From sequence record MK250021.1: a stretch of DNA of 64,000 nt. The stretch is one strand, 5' to 3'. Shown here piece after piece: positions 37,794 through 48,614 of this stretch. The position numbers and the translations under genes were made by a program. The notes beneath the pieces were generated by a model. The model ran no database searches. It was not told where the DNA came from and saw only the letters and a program-made list of their open reading frames with translations. How positions within the stretch are numbered: the stretch's first letter is position 1; each line of letters opens with the position of its first letter.

Positions 37794-39470
37794 ATGAAGA
37801 TAGAAAAAATTGAATTTCGTAATTTATTTTCTTATGGTGAGTAGGTATAGGAAATTAATTATGATGATACAGGTAAGTTAATCCTATTGAAGGGACAAAG
37901 TGGCGCAGGAAAGTCTGCCATTCTTTCATTACCATGTTTATTGTTATATGGAAAGTTGGAGAAGGTTCCAAAGACTTCTATAGCAAATCGTATTAATAAG
38001 AATGGTTGGATGCGAGGAACAATTAAACAAGGTTAGCATACTTATGTGATAGAAAGAAAATTTTCACCCAATGGTGTAACTGTTTTTAAAGATAATGAGA
38101 ATATAGAGAATTACGGTACAAAAGATGCATAGTCATTTATTGATTCTGAAATTATCGATATTCCACAAGCAACTTATTCAAATATGATTTCTATATCTAT
38201 GAAGTCGTTTAAGTCATTCCTTAAAATGTCACCAGCAGATCGAAAACAAATCATTGATAGAGTTTTTGATTTGGAAATTATTAATGTTGTTTTTGAGAAT
38301 CTTAAGAAAGATATGAGAGATTTAGGTTCATCTATTAACGCTGATAATTCTACCATATTTTCTTTAAATTAGACTATTCAAAACGCTAATAATGAGTTAA
38401 TTCAAATTCAGTAGAAAGTATAGTCAAAAGAAAATCAAGATAAGATATAGGAAAATAATTTAATGATAGAAGAAAATAATAAGAAATTAAAAACATTAAA
38501 TGATGGATATAACCAATATGTTTAGAAACAATAGGAAATATCAAATCAATTTAATGTTATTAAGAATAAGCAAATTGAAAATTCTGTTAATATAAGATAG
38601 ATTCAAGAGAAGATAAATCTATTTAAATAGGAAAAGTGTCCAACATGTGGATGTTCATTTTCATCTGAATAGTTTAATGAATTAAGAGAAAACCTTAATA
38701 AGTTAATGCAAGATAAAATGAATATTGATACTACATTACAAGGATAGATGAAGACACTTACTGATAATAGTAAAGTTGTTACAGATTATCTTAATAAAAT
38801 TACGTCTGCTGTATCAAAAATTAATTAGAGTATAAATACACTTAATTCCGAAAATCTTGTGATACAAGAGAAATTAAAGTCTAATTCTGAATATAAAGCT
38901 GTATAGAATATTATAAAGAAAACAACAGATCAACTTAATGTAATTAAGAAAAGTATTGAAGATAAAAATCAATAGATGTTGGATTTACAGAATTTATCAT
39001 TAGTTTATTCTATAGATGGTGTAAAACAAAAGGTAATTAATAATTATCTGCCTTTATTAAATAAAGAGATAGAAGATAATCTTATATTATTAAATGTTCC
39101 TTATGGATTAGAATTTGATAGTAAGTTTGATCCTCATCTTAAAGATTTAGGAAATGAATTAGATCCAGTTACATTAAGTGACGGTGAGATGACACGTGTA
39201 GATATTGTTGTATTATGTAGTTTGTTTAAGTTACTTAAGCGCAGATACCCATCTATTAATACATTTACGTTAGATGAAGTAATATCTACATTGGATAACT
39301 CAAATTCTGGAGCTGTATTGGAATTCCTTAAGAATTTTGCAAAAGACAATAAGTTGAATTGCTTTGTTGTTTCACACACTGATTTATACCTTGAGAATTT
39401 TGATGAGATAATAGAGGTTGAGAAACATAATGGGTTTTCTAGATTTTCTGTTATGTTAACTTCACAATAA
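37794..39470 (+). CDS. gp46/SbcC/Rad50-like ATPase subunit (558 aa, 17 TAG)
   Basis: FRNLFSYG, GQSGAGKS, CPTCG zinc hook, LSDGE signature, TLDEVISTLD, VVSH. Confidence 0.92.
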
Positions 39471-39476
39471 AATAAA

Positions 39477-39518
39477 AATGTGAAAAGAATAATTACTATA
39501 AGTTATTCTTTTCACATT
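39477..39518. terminator. Bidirectional terminator
   Basis: 16-bp stem between convergent genes. Confidence 0.75.
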
Positions 39519-39565
39519 AATTATTTTTTAACAGAAAACATATAATTTGATAAATTTATTTTCTA

Positions 39566-39991
39566 TCATCTATCATATTTTCCACCAAAAATTTTTGACA
39601 TATATTCACATAAACTTGCATATAAATCTGCATTTGGTGATTTTACTTGTTTATATGTAAAGAAATAATATTCATTTTTTTCTACTAATATATTATTTAA
39701 TTTTCTTAAAAAATTAATATTAGTATCAGGTGAAACTGTTATTACCCATGCGGTAAATTCATCAAAGTAATATACTCCTTTTACACGATTTCTTAAAAAT
39801 TCCTCATATTCTTCAAATGTATTATTTGAAATTAAATATATATAATCGTCTTTACTTGTTTCTTTACATAAATATGTTGCTTCGTTCTCATCATCTTCAT
39901 CAACATAATCTTCATTAAGTTTTCCTTTTACTGTTTTAGAAATACTTTTCATTATTGACTCATAAAGTCTTTTCTTTTGTATTTTATCCAT
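39566..39991 (-). CDS. LYES..LNE leader protein
   Basis: MDKIQKKRLYESIMKSISKTVKGKLNED; TGA stop. Confidence 0.75.
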   Translation of the reverse strand: MDKIQKKRLYESIMKSISKTVKGKLNEDYVDEDDENEATYLCKETSKDDYIYLISNNTFEEYEEFLRNRVKGVYYFDEFTAWVITVSPDTNINFLRKLNNILVEKNEYYFFTYKQVKSPNADLYASLCEYMSKIFGGKYDR

Positions 39992-40081
39992 AATAAAATT
40001 TATATTTTTATTATTTATTATTGAAATATAAATTTAAAAATATTACTTACTATACAATATATTATTTTACATAACTATATT

Positions 40082-40234
40082 TTATTTTTCTTCTTTTAAT
40101 TTCCAACACCAACAACCATGATCATTTGCATATGTATGTCCGAATAAACCTGATTTACATTCATTCCAATTTTCATCAGGGTTATAGAAAATACAATTCT
40201 TACAATAACGCTGGATATAATTATTCTCTTCCAT
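40082..40234 (-). CDS. Cys-rich 50-aa protein
   Basis: MEENNYIQRYCKNCIFYNPDENWNECKSGLFGHTYANDHGCWCWKLKEEK. Confidence 0.6.
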   Translation of the reverse strand: MEENNYIQRYCKNCIFYNPDENWNECKSGLFGHTYANDHGCWCWKLKEEK

Positions 40235-40290
40235 TTATTAAAAATTTATTTTTATTACTATATTTATTTTTTTATTCCAAATATTATGTG

Positions 40291-40298
40291 TATCTTTG
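40291..40298 (+). promoter_or_regulatory. Bacteroidetes-type -7 promoter element
   Basis: atgtgTATCTTTGtatcgttaataaaac. Confidence 0.75.
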
Positions 40299-40334
40299 TA
40301 TCGTTAATAAAACAATAAACAATTAAAAATAAAA

Positions 40335-40655
40335 ATGAATATGAAAAAGATTAGTTCAAATGCAGTTCATAACTTTACTGTTCGTCTTCGTGTTGTTTCT
40401 GAATTTATCGACGACCAGAGAATTTCTGATGTACGTAAAGTAATGAGTACACAGTTGATTTTACCGCTTGGTACAGATAATACTGTATTGAAGAGAGCAT
40501 ACGCATATAATAATGATAAGGACGAAATTAATTTTAAGATTTGGTTCTTGAATACTGTTAAGCAGTGTTGCCCATCAGATATGAGTATTTCTTTTGATGA
40601 CGCTATGGAGATGACATGGTGTATGTTGCTTCAAGCATGTGGTATAATTTATTAA
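40335..40655 (+). CDS. Early hypothetical protein
   Basis: TAG-free ORF after the promoter. Confidence 0.75.
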   Translation: MNMKKISSNAVHNFTVRLRVVSEFIDDQRISDVRKVMSTQLILPLGTDNTVLKRAYAYNNDKDEINFKIWFLNTVKQCCPSDMSISFDDAMEMTWCMLLQACGIIY

Positions 40656-40677
40656 TCTTTAAAAAATAGAATACATC

Positions 40678-41208
40678 ATGGAATATAAGAATAAGAAAAT
40701 TCGTATTGTACGTAAACAAAAGGATGGAATTACTCTTCGCGTAAAGGGTAATGAAGTTAAATTCTCATGGGAGGAATTTAATTCTGGATATAATATTGTT
40801 GATAACGTTTATGCTGTTATGAATGATACTATGGTTGAGCGTATGAATAAATTGGATGATTTGATTTCTACTGCAACCACTGCATTTTTCATTGTTCAGA
40901 ATTCTGTTCCTGATATTAAGCAATTGAGTTACGCAGCTGTTCTTACAAATACAATTGAGGAAATTCAGAAACTTCTTAATTGTACAGGACTTGAAGCTAT
41001 CCAACTTGTTCGTAAGAATATTGATTCAATGAATAGTATGTTCAAATCAGATAAGTCTTCACATACACGTGAATATTATAAGAAGCAAAAAATGGAAATG
41101 AATAGAGATAAATTTCCAAAGCGTGTAGAAACGCCAGTGAATTCAACATCATGTGTATTAGAAGATAATCCTGCATTGCTGAAGTTGAAAGAGAAAATGT
41201 GTTCATAA
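40678..41208 (+). CDS. Early hypothetical protein
   Basis: 176 aa; hairpin follows at about 41235-41270. Confidence 0.8.
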   Translation: MEYKNKKIRIVRKQKDGITLRVKGNEVKFSWEEFNSGYNIVDNVYAVMNDTMVERMNKLDDLISTATTAFFIVQNSVPDIKQLSYAAVLTNTIEEIQKLLNCTGLEAIQLVRKNIDSMNSMFKSDKSSHTREYYKKQKMEMNRDKFPKRVETPVNSTSCVLEDNPALLKLKEKMCS

Positions 41209-41367
41209 TAAATAATATTTTTAATTGTTAGACTGAAGTGAGATTAGATAATATTTTTAATCTCACTTTTCTTTTAATTCGTTTAACATTTATTAATATC
41301 ATGATTATAAACAATAAATGTAATACTTTGTATACTATATAAATTTTATTTTTAATTTAAATTTAAT

Positions 41368-41850
41368 ATGGTAAAGAAATACGACGAAAATGCATATGTG
41401 GAGTTGATGAATACACTTAATAAACATATTGATGGTGGAAATTCACTTCCTGTATTTACAAAGATGATTAATGAAGTAAATGAACAATTTCCTGGTTTGA
41501 AGGATAATTTTATTCATGATATGGGAAAGTTCTTGACACATTGGTTTGAACTTGTTAATGATTGTAAATCATGTTCATTGAAGCTTCAGGCAAAGATTTT
41601 GAGTATTGATACAATTTCAGAATATAGCGATTTTAATAGATTTGTTTCTTTTTGTTATGATGTAATAGATCAAACAATTAATCCACATACAAATAGATTA
41701 TATGCATCTGACTTGACTAGTTATCTTGCATGCATTGTTAAAGCTGTTATTCAGACGACACGTAGAGCAAAGGGATTGGACTTAAACAGTAAGAAGTATG
41801 GCAACACAACTAAGGATGACACAACAGCAACTGGAACAGCTGAAGCATAA
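41368..41850 (+). CDS. Hypothetical protein
   Basis: 160-aa TAG-free ORF. Confidence 0.75.
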   Translation: MVKKYDENAYVELMNTLNKHIDGGNSLPVFTKMINEVNEQFPGLKDNFIHDMGKFLTHWFELVNDCKSCSLKLQAKILSIDTISEYSDFNRFVSFCYDVIDQTINPHTNRLYASDLTSYLACIVKAVIQTTRRAKGLDLNSKKYGNTTKDDTTATGTAEA

Positions 41851-42088
41851 AAATATTAGTAATTTTCCAAATGGTGTTGTACGATTAATTAAAAGGAATA
41901 ATAATGAGTTTCTTGTAGTAAACATATTTAAATTATGTAATATAAGTGGATGTACTCGTGCAGAATTTTTAGATTTTATTATGCAATATGAAAAGATAGG
42001 ATGGAAGTTCTATACGAGTTTTTCACAATATGTTTATTTTAAGAAGAAACAAACATTAATAGAAAAAATTAAAAATATATTCAAATAA
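41798..42088 (+). CDS. Hypothetical protein (start uncertain)
   Basis: Overlaps the previous ORF. Confidence 0.45.
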   Translation: MATQLRMTQQQLEQLKHKNISNFPNGVVRLIKRNNNEFLVVNIFKLCNISGCTRAEFLDFIMQYEKIGWKFYTSFSQYVYFKKKQTLIEKIKNIFK

Positions 42089-42174
42089 AGTAGACAATTT
42101 GAATTATTTTTAATATAGTTTAAAGATTTTTGAATAAAGATTTTTTAGTAACAAATATTTAATGTAATTTTGTA

Positions 42175-42840
42175 ATGAATAAGACAAAGAAGAATGAGTT
42201 TAAGCCTGAGTATAAGTACGAAACGCTTACAGGCAAGTTTACTGATTATCGTGGAATGGTACGTGATTTTACAATGGTTGCAGTTTCAATTCCCATGAAG
42301 AATGATGATGCAGTTGTAACACGTCCAATTGAAGTTGAAGATGAATATGAGATTCCTTCAAAGAATGTATTGGACCCAGAAACAGGACAGATCGTTTATG
42401 TACCTGAGTCTACTGAGAAGTTTGTAGATGAGTATGATGAGCTTCTTGCACCTATTACTAAGATGCTTTCCGTTGGTGTTGCAACACGTTGTGTACGAGA
42501 TACACATGATGCAGACCTAGGTGTTCGAATTGCATATGGTAAGGCATTGAAACTTTGGGACCATACATTGTATGTTTCACATCCTGGTATGATTAATACA
42601 AAGATGGTTAAGGCATTGCTTGAGCAAGAAGCAGAGCATTTTAAGAAGGACCCAGGTTCTTATCTTGTAGGATATAATGATGCTAAGGCACGTTATGCAA
42701 AGGATGGTAAGATTGCAGAGGTCGAGATGACAGATGAGGAGATTGCTGATACAAAGAAATCAGAAAAGAAGAATTTTCCAGTTAAAGCAACAGATGTAAA
42801 GAAGAAGTTTTTGAAGGAAGCTGATGAGAATCAGAAGTAA
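42175..42840 (+). CDS. Hypothetical protein
   Basis: 221 aa, TAG-free; terminator at about 42873-42913. Confidence 0.85.
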   Translation: MNKTKKNEFKPEYKYETLTGKFTDYRGMVRDFTMVAVSIPMKNDDAVVTRPIEVEDEYEIPSKNVLDPETGQIVYVPESTEKFVDEYDELLAPITKMLSVGVATRCVRDTHDADLGVRIAYGKALKLWDHTLYVSHPGMINTKMVKALLEQEAEHFKKDPGSYLVGYNDAKARYAKDGKIAEVEMTDEEIADTKKSEKKNFPVKATDVKKKFLKEADENQK

Positions 42841-42984
42841 TAATAAAAACATATTAAATAAATAATTTTACGATAGTCATAGGTGATAGAGTTCTTCTAT
42901 TACTTATGACTATTTTTACATATATAAATATTAACTAAGATAAATGATAACATAAAATATTAATAATTTTAAATAATAAACATT

Positions 42985-43527
42985 ATGGATAATGAAGTTT
43001 TAACATTAATGAATATGCTTAATGATAAGTATGTTCATGTATATAGAGATGAAAATAATAATATTATAGTAGATGGTTCTATTATAATATTTGATAAGCA
43101 ATATGATGAGTTTCCTGTAAAGATTCATCAGATAAATGGTTCTATTAATTGGTATGGTAATATATCGGATGATTCACATGGTTCATTGAAATCGTTAAAG
43201 AATTTTCCTGATATTGTAAATGGAAATGTATATATATTTAATAATCCTAAATTAACATCATTAGATGAATGTCCAAAAGAAATTTTAGGTTCATTGGTAT
43301 GTGATCATTGTAATATTTCTGATATATCAGGAATTGCGAAGAGGATCAATAATTGCTTTATTGCTTCACATAATCCTATTTCTGATATTAGCGTATTAGA
43401 AAATGTAAATATTGGAGGTAATATAGAGTTAATAGATACAATATGGAGTAAAACACATAAAGAAGATACATCTATTAAAGATTCATCTGTTATCGTACAT
43501 GAAGATAATACACCTAAATTATTTTAA
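42985..43527 (+). CDS. Short LRR-like repeat protein
   Basis: LKSLKNFPDIVNGNVYIFNNPKLTSLDECPKEILGSLVCDHCNISDISG. Confidence 0.75.
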   Translation: MDNEVLTLMNMLNDKYVHVYRDENNNIIVDGSIIIFDKQYDEFPVKIHQINGSINWYGNISDDSHGSLKSLKNFPDIVNGNVYIFNNPKLTSLDECPKEILGSLVCDHCNISDISGIAKRINNCFIASHNPISDISVLENVNIGGNIELIDTIWSKTHKEDTSIKDSSVIVHEDNTPKLF

Positions 43528-43570
43528 CAATTTATAATAAATAATTTAAATTTATTATAAATGAGTTATT

Positions 43571-44209
43571 GTGCATACATTTGATGAAGTCTTTGATGAC
43601 GAATTTTATAATATAATAGATGAAAGCTATGATGATAGTATATACAATATAATAAAACCTAAATTTGGTGATTTAGTTGTATATAATTATGAAACAAAAT
43701 AGTTTGATACGATGTCTAAAGAAAGATGTGGTATTGAAGATGATAAAGCTATAGTAGGTATAGTTGTTTAGGTAAATGATGATATGACAATGGATGTATT
43801 AATGAAGAATTATTTGACAACTGAACCTTTATTAATACCGTATAGATATGTATAGAATCCTAGTTTTATACCTGCATATTTAAAAGATATGTTTGATAGA
43901 TATTGTAATAAATATTAGAGAACATCTGTTATAGATTTAAGTTCATTTAGATATAAAATTCCTTAGATTGCTCTATTAGATTTTGTTAATAAAAATTTAT
44001 ATACATTATTAGATATTATTAAAACAATATGGGGTGATGATAGACATGATTAGTTTATAGAAAGACTTTATAAACATGGATTATTATCGCAACATAAAGG
44101 AAAATATTATCGATGGATTCCTAAAATAAGTGAAAAACGAAAAATAGAGAATCTTTTAGGATTAACAAGAATTGAATTTTTACCAGTGTTCACATTAAAA
44201 TACAATTAA
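43571..44209 (+). CDS. Hypothetical protein (212 aa) with a P..GD.(V/L)Y..(P/V)IGIV domain, TAG-recoded
   Basis: GTG 43571 to TAA 44207; not in the ORF track; start uncertain. Confidence 0.65.
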
Positions 44210-44219
44210 CTTAATTTAA

Positions 44220-44906
44220 ATGGAAGAAATGTAGGATAATAATATACATAAAAATCTTTATAATAAAACAAGAGAATATGACATACGTGGTATTATGATA
44301 CCATGTATAGGAGATATTTTATATTATGATACAGTAGATATGCAAGCTATCATTTAGGAAGTTAATGATGACAGATATATAAATCCTAGATTTTTACCAA
44401 TTGGTGTTATTGCTGATATATCAACAGATTTAAAAACAATAAAACTTATAACTCCATATCTTATTAAAGTTTCATTAGACATGAATGAAAGAATATCTGA
44501 GAAGAATATAATGAAAGAACTTAAATCTTTTGTTCGGACATATACAAAGGATTTATTTAAGGAAGATATAGAAGATATGAAGTTTAATATTGCCACTACT
44601 GCAGATTTACAATTATTAATTAATAATTCTGATGCGGTATTAAAAGGAATAGATTATTTCAATAAACTTAATGTTCCTGAAAATTTAGATATAAAAGAAT
44701 TAATATCAGATGGAATTCTTATATATGATAATAAAGGAAACATAAAACTCACATATGGCATTAAAGATAATTTCCATATGGAATATAATAAGAAAGATGA
44801 TGATACTGCATGGAATAATGTTAAGACATTAAAAGATTTTAAAGAAACTAATATGGAAATATTAGATTGTTATATTATTCCAATAGCAACAATTAAATTA
44901 GATTAA
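44220..44906 (+). CDS. Hypothetical protein (228 aa), related domain PCIGDILYY..LPIGVI
   Basis: ATG 44220, two TAG, joins ORF 44481-44906. Confidence 0.7.
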
Positions 44907-45006
44907 TATAGAGATTATTACTTTAATGTAGTAATCTCTTTTTAATTTATAAACTTTATCTATTATTTTATCTATAAAATAATAGATAAACTATATTTAA
45001 CAATAT

Positions 45007-45852
45007 ATGAAAGATATAAGGAAAATTATTGAAGATAAAAATAATTAGATAAAGCAAGAATATAAAGGTTGTGTATCTGTTTCAAAACTTTGTAATGAAT
45101 ATATAAAGAAAAAATTTGATGATCAAGTGCAAGCAGAAATATGTGCTAAGAAAGGTTTGAATGATCCGAATTATAAATATGCTGGTATGGATGCAACTCA
45201 AATTCTGGAAGCATGGCATGCAAAATCATCTGAATCAAAAAGGTATGGTTCACTACTTGATGATTATGCAGGGATGAATCTTAATAATGAAACAGATAAA
45301 TTAGACTTATGGAAATTAGATAATGGTTATGATTATGATGATAGATTGAAATCTATTTGTAAAGGATTTGATGATTTTTATAATTATATATTAACAAAGA
45401 CAAATTATAAGTATGTAGCAAGAGAATTACCATTATATTGCAAGACACCAAAAGATGGATTAATTAATGGTAGATTTGATTGTTTATTCTATGACGAGAA
45501 TACCGATGCATATATTATTATAGATTGGAAAACAACGGATGGAATAACGACATCATCTAAATACGGAAAGAAACTTCAAGGACCTGCATATATGTTAGAT
45601 GAATGTGATATGAATACATATACAATTCAATTACATATTTATAAGAAAGCATTGGTTGAAACATATGGGTTATCTTCATATGATAAGATAAGTGTTTATG
45701 TATGTAACTTACTTAAGCAACCAAATGAACAAGGATTAAATTTTAAATTATTTAAACAAAATTTTGATTTTGATGTTAATAGATTAAATTCATTTATTGA
45801 TTTTGGAAATCAAAAGTTTAAGTTAATGAAAACAATTCAAGAATCATGTTAG
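45007..45852 (+). CDS. PD-(D/E)XK exonuclease (Cas4/RecB-like)
   Basis: RELPLY..GRFDCLF..IIIDWKT..YTIQLHIYK; start at 45007 with TAG codon 14. Confidence 0.85.
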
Positions 45853-46556
45853 AAGAATCAAACAGTATAATTGATATATTATCTACAAATGATAATGATG
45901 TTATTTTAAATAAAGCGAACGAGTATATATTTAAAGTATTTCATGATAATGATATTAATCCACATAATTTATTTTGCGGGTGGTTTTTATTTACAAAGAC
46001 ATGTAAACATTATTTTGATGATTATACTTGGAAAGAACCAATACAAAATAAAATATTAAAATTTTTTAATATTAAAATTAATGAGCAATCATATATTGAT
46101 GACGAATTAACAAAAATGTTTTGTATATATGTATATTCTCTTAAGTATAAAAGAAAAATAACAGATTATGATAGATTGACCCCAATTGCTGAGACTCTTT
46201 CTAATCTGTTGATTAGAACAAAAGAGACTTACTATGGAATAAGAAAATTACTTAGAGATTTATGTTTAGGTTTAATATGTAAACCAAAAGGAATAACAAC
46301 ATATAATGTTATCGAACATTATGAAGATATGATTACTTATAAATTAAATAATGTTGCATATCATTGTTATAGTTGTAAATTAGATGTAAAAGTAGATAAT
46401 GAGCAAAATAAATTAATAGTGAATATTAACTTTATTAAAACAGATACATATTCTAGATATATGAATTTATTTGAACAAGTGGAACCATTATTTAATTTAT
46501 TGCAAGAAGATTTAGCATATTTTAATACATATGGATATTTCTATGACATGAAATAA
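45846..46556 (+). CDS. Hypothetical protein
   Basis: 236-aa ORF. Confidence 0.7.
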   Translation: MLEESNSIIDILSTNDNDVILNKANEYIFKVFHDNDINPHNLFCGWFLFTKTCKHYFDDYTWKEPIQNKILKFFNIKINEQSYIDDELTKMFCIYVYSLKYKRKITDYDRLTPIAETLSNLLIRTKETYYGIRKLLRDLCLGLICKPKGITTYNVIEHYEDMITYKLNNVAYHCYSCKLDVKVDNEQNKLIVNINFIKTDTYSRYMNLFEQVEPLFNLLQEDLAYFNTYGYFYDMK

Positions 46557-46589
46557 ATAATGTAAATATCAAATTGTTTATTTGAAATT

Positions 46590-48026
46590 ATGATAATTAA
46601 ATCACTATATGAATCATTGGTAAATTGTTTGAATGAAGCACGTGTTTAGAGAACTATAGATAAGAAACTTTGGTTAAGTATAGCATCTACATGTTCACGA
46701 AATAAATCAACTGAAGCTGAAAATATTAAACCACGACCAACATAGACGAAAGAATAGTTGTTACCGAGATATGTAGCTGCTCTTCTTATAATGAAGAAGC
46801 AATGTCCAGAAAATGAATAGGATATTGATGATATAAAGACATTTAAATTAGTCGGTAAACGTTTACTATAGTTAGGTTGCACAATAGATGAAATAAAGCA
46901 AGAGTATATTAATAACGGAGGTAAATTAGTTACTAATACAATTAATGTAAATTCTTAGAAAACTACATAGGTTAATCAAAAACTTAATCAAGAAATAAAG
47001 AAAGAAGATTAGGTTAAAGTTGATAAAACAAAAGAAGTAAAGAATGAGAAACCAAAGGTATAGAAACCATTACCGCCAGGTATTAAATCTTATGATGAAG
47101 TATATGATTTTGTAAAACGTTCATATAATGATTTATATGAAATCTGCAGTGAAATATATGATATTCTTGATATGACATATTTTACATTAAAGAAATCTTT
47201 TTATAAGATAGAAACTCCTAAATATAAATTGTATTTCAGAGATGTTACAACAGATGAGAATCAGAAACTTTATTACAATGATAAACATTGTGTTTATATA
47301 ACATGGATAAAAATTGTTAAAACTAAAGTAGTTGAAGGTACATTTTGTATATTAACTAATAATATGACAATTAATGATGACCCTATTGGTAATACTATAT
47401 AGTTAGATGATAATACAGTAATTACTAAACAATAGTTATATGAAATATGTTTAACTATATTAGCAAAATTAAGATATGCTACATAGAGTAATTATAATAA
47501 TCCATTATTACCTAAAATAAAAGAGAAAACAACTTCATTCGGTATATTTGGAAATAAATCACGTGATTTTAATTCTATAATAGATAAAGGTGAAATTGAA
47601 AAGATATTACCATTTGTAATTAAGAAATATAATACTATGAAAAAATGTAATGATATTCTTGAATTATTTTTATATAAAGCAAGGATGGGTAATAGAAATA
47701 GTGGTAAAGTATTAGAATTAGATGAACCTATATATACAGGTAAATTCTTTAATTCATAGGAAACTTTTGATTTGATTGGATATGGCTTTAAACCAGCCGC
47801 ATAGTTTATTATTCAATTTAAGTATGATGATAAATATACGACACAAATAATATATGGATATGAAGCTAGAGAATATGGACCTCCAGCAAATATTGCATCG
47901 TATTATACATCTAACAAAGATTTTTCAGCATATAGGGTAGATATGAAAGAATTACAAAAAGCTTTATGGTATACTATAGCTGTTTTATTATATTATAAAA
48001 ATAATTATAGTAATGTAATTAAATAA
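46590..48026 (+). CDS. LYES..LNEA leader protein (478 aa), heavily TAG-recoded
   Basis: MIIKSLYESLVNCLNEARVQR; open to TAA 48024. Confidence 0.75.
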
Positions 48027-48070
48027 AATAAAGGAAAGGATAGAGAAATACATCTCTATCCTTTTATATT

Positions 48071-48526
48071 TTAAATACCAACAAAAACTAATTGATTTTT
48101 CTTTTGTATATTTTTTATATGATTTACACTTATATGAATCCACTTGGGACCTAATTTTTTATTACCATATTCCCAAATAATCTATCTACATGAAATCTTA
48201 CCTTTATTCTTTAAGGTGATAATTAAATCCCATAATTTTTTGTTATCTTCATATGTGTTAGAAACTGTATGTATATCAGCAGCAGCACCAAATAAATGAT
48301 CCGAATTTCTTGCGCCACCAACTTTTGAATTTAACTATGAACAACGGTAACCAGAACTTATGATAATAGGTTTACCATATGCTTCACGTATAGGTTGTAA
48401 AATTTTAGTTGCAAGATTTTTTAAATTGGTTAATTCCAATTGATTTGGATTATTTTTAATTCCATATTTATTAGCTGTATCTGATTTGATAAGTTCCTCT
48501 AAAGAAAAATTATTACTTAATTTCAT
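48071..48526 (-). CDS. Peptidase M15-family endolysin candidate (151 aa)
   Basis: NFSLEEL..SDTA..LQPIREAYGKPIIISSGYRCSQLN..VGG..SDHLFGAAADI..WIHIS; 2 TAG; TAA 48071. Confidence 0.88.
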
Positions 48527-48614
48527 AATATATAATTTATATATTTAAATATTTATTAATAATCTATATTTATAAAAACAGACTAAAAAGAATATACATT
48601 GTATAAATGTTAAT

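Noticed and set aside
40126-40326. Plus-strand 66-aa ORF
   Set aside because: It overlaps a promoter and a more convincing minus-strand Cys-rich ORF.
45007-45852. Cas4 implying a CRISPR system
   Set aside because: A solo PD-(D/E)XK nuclease; no four-Cys cluster, cas genes or array.
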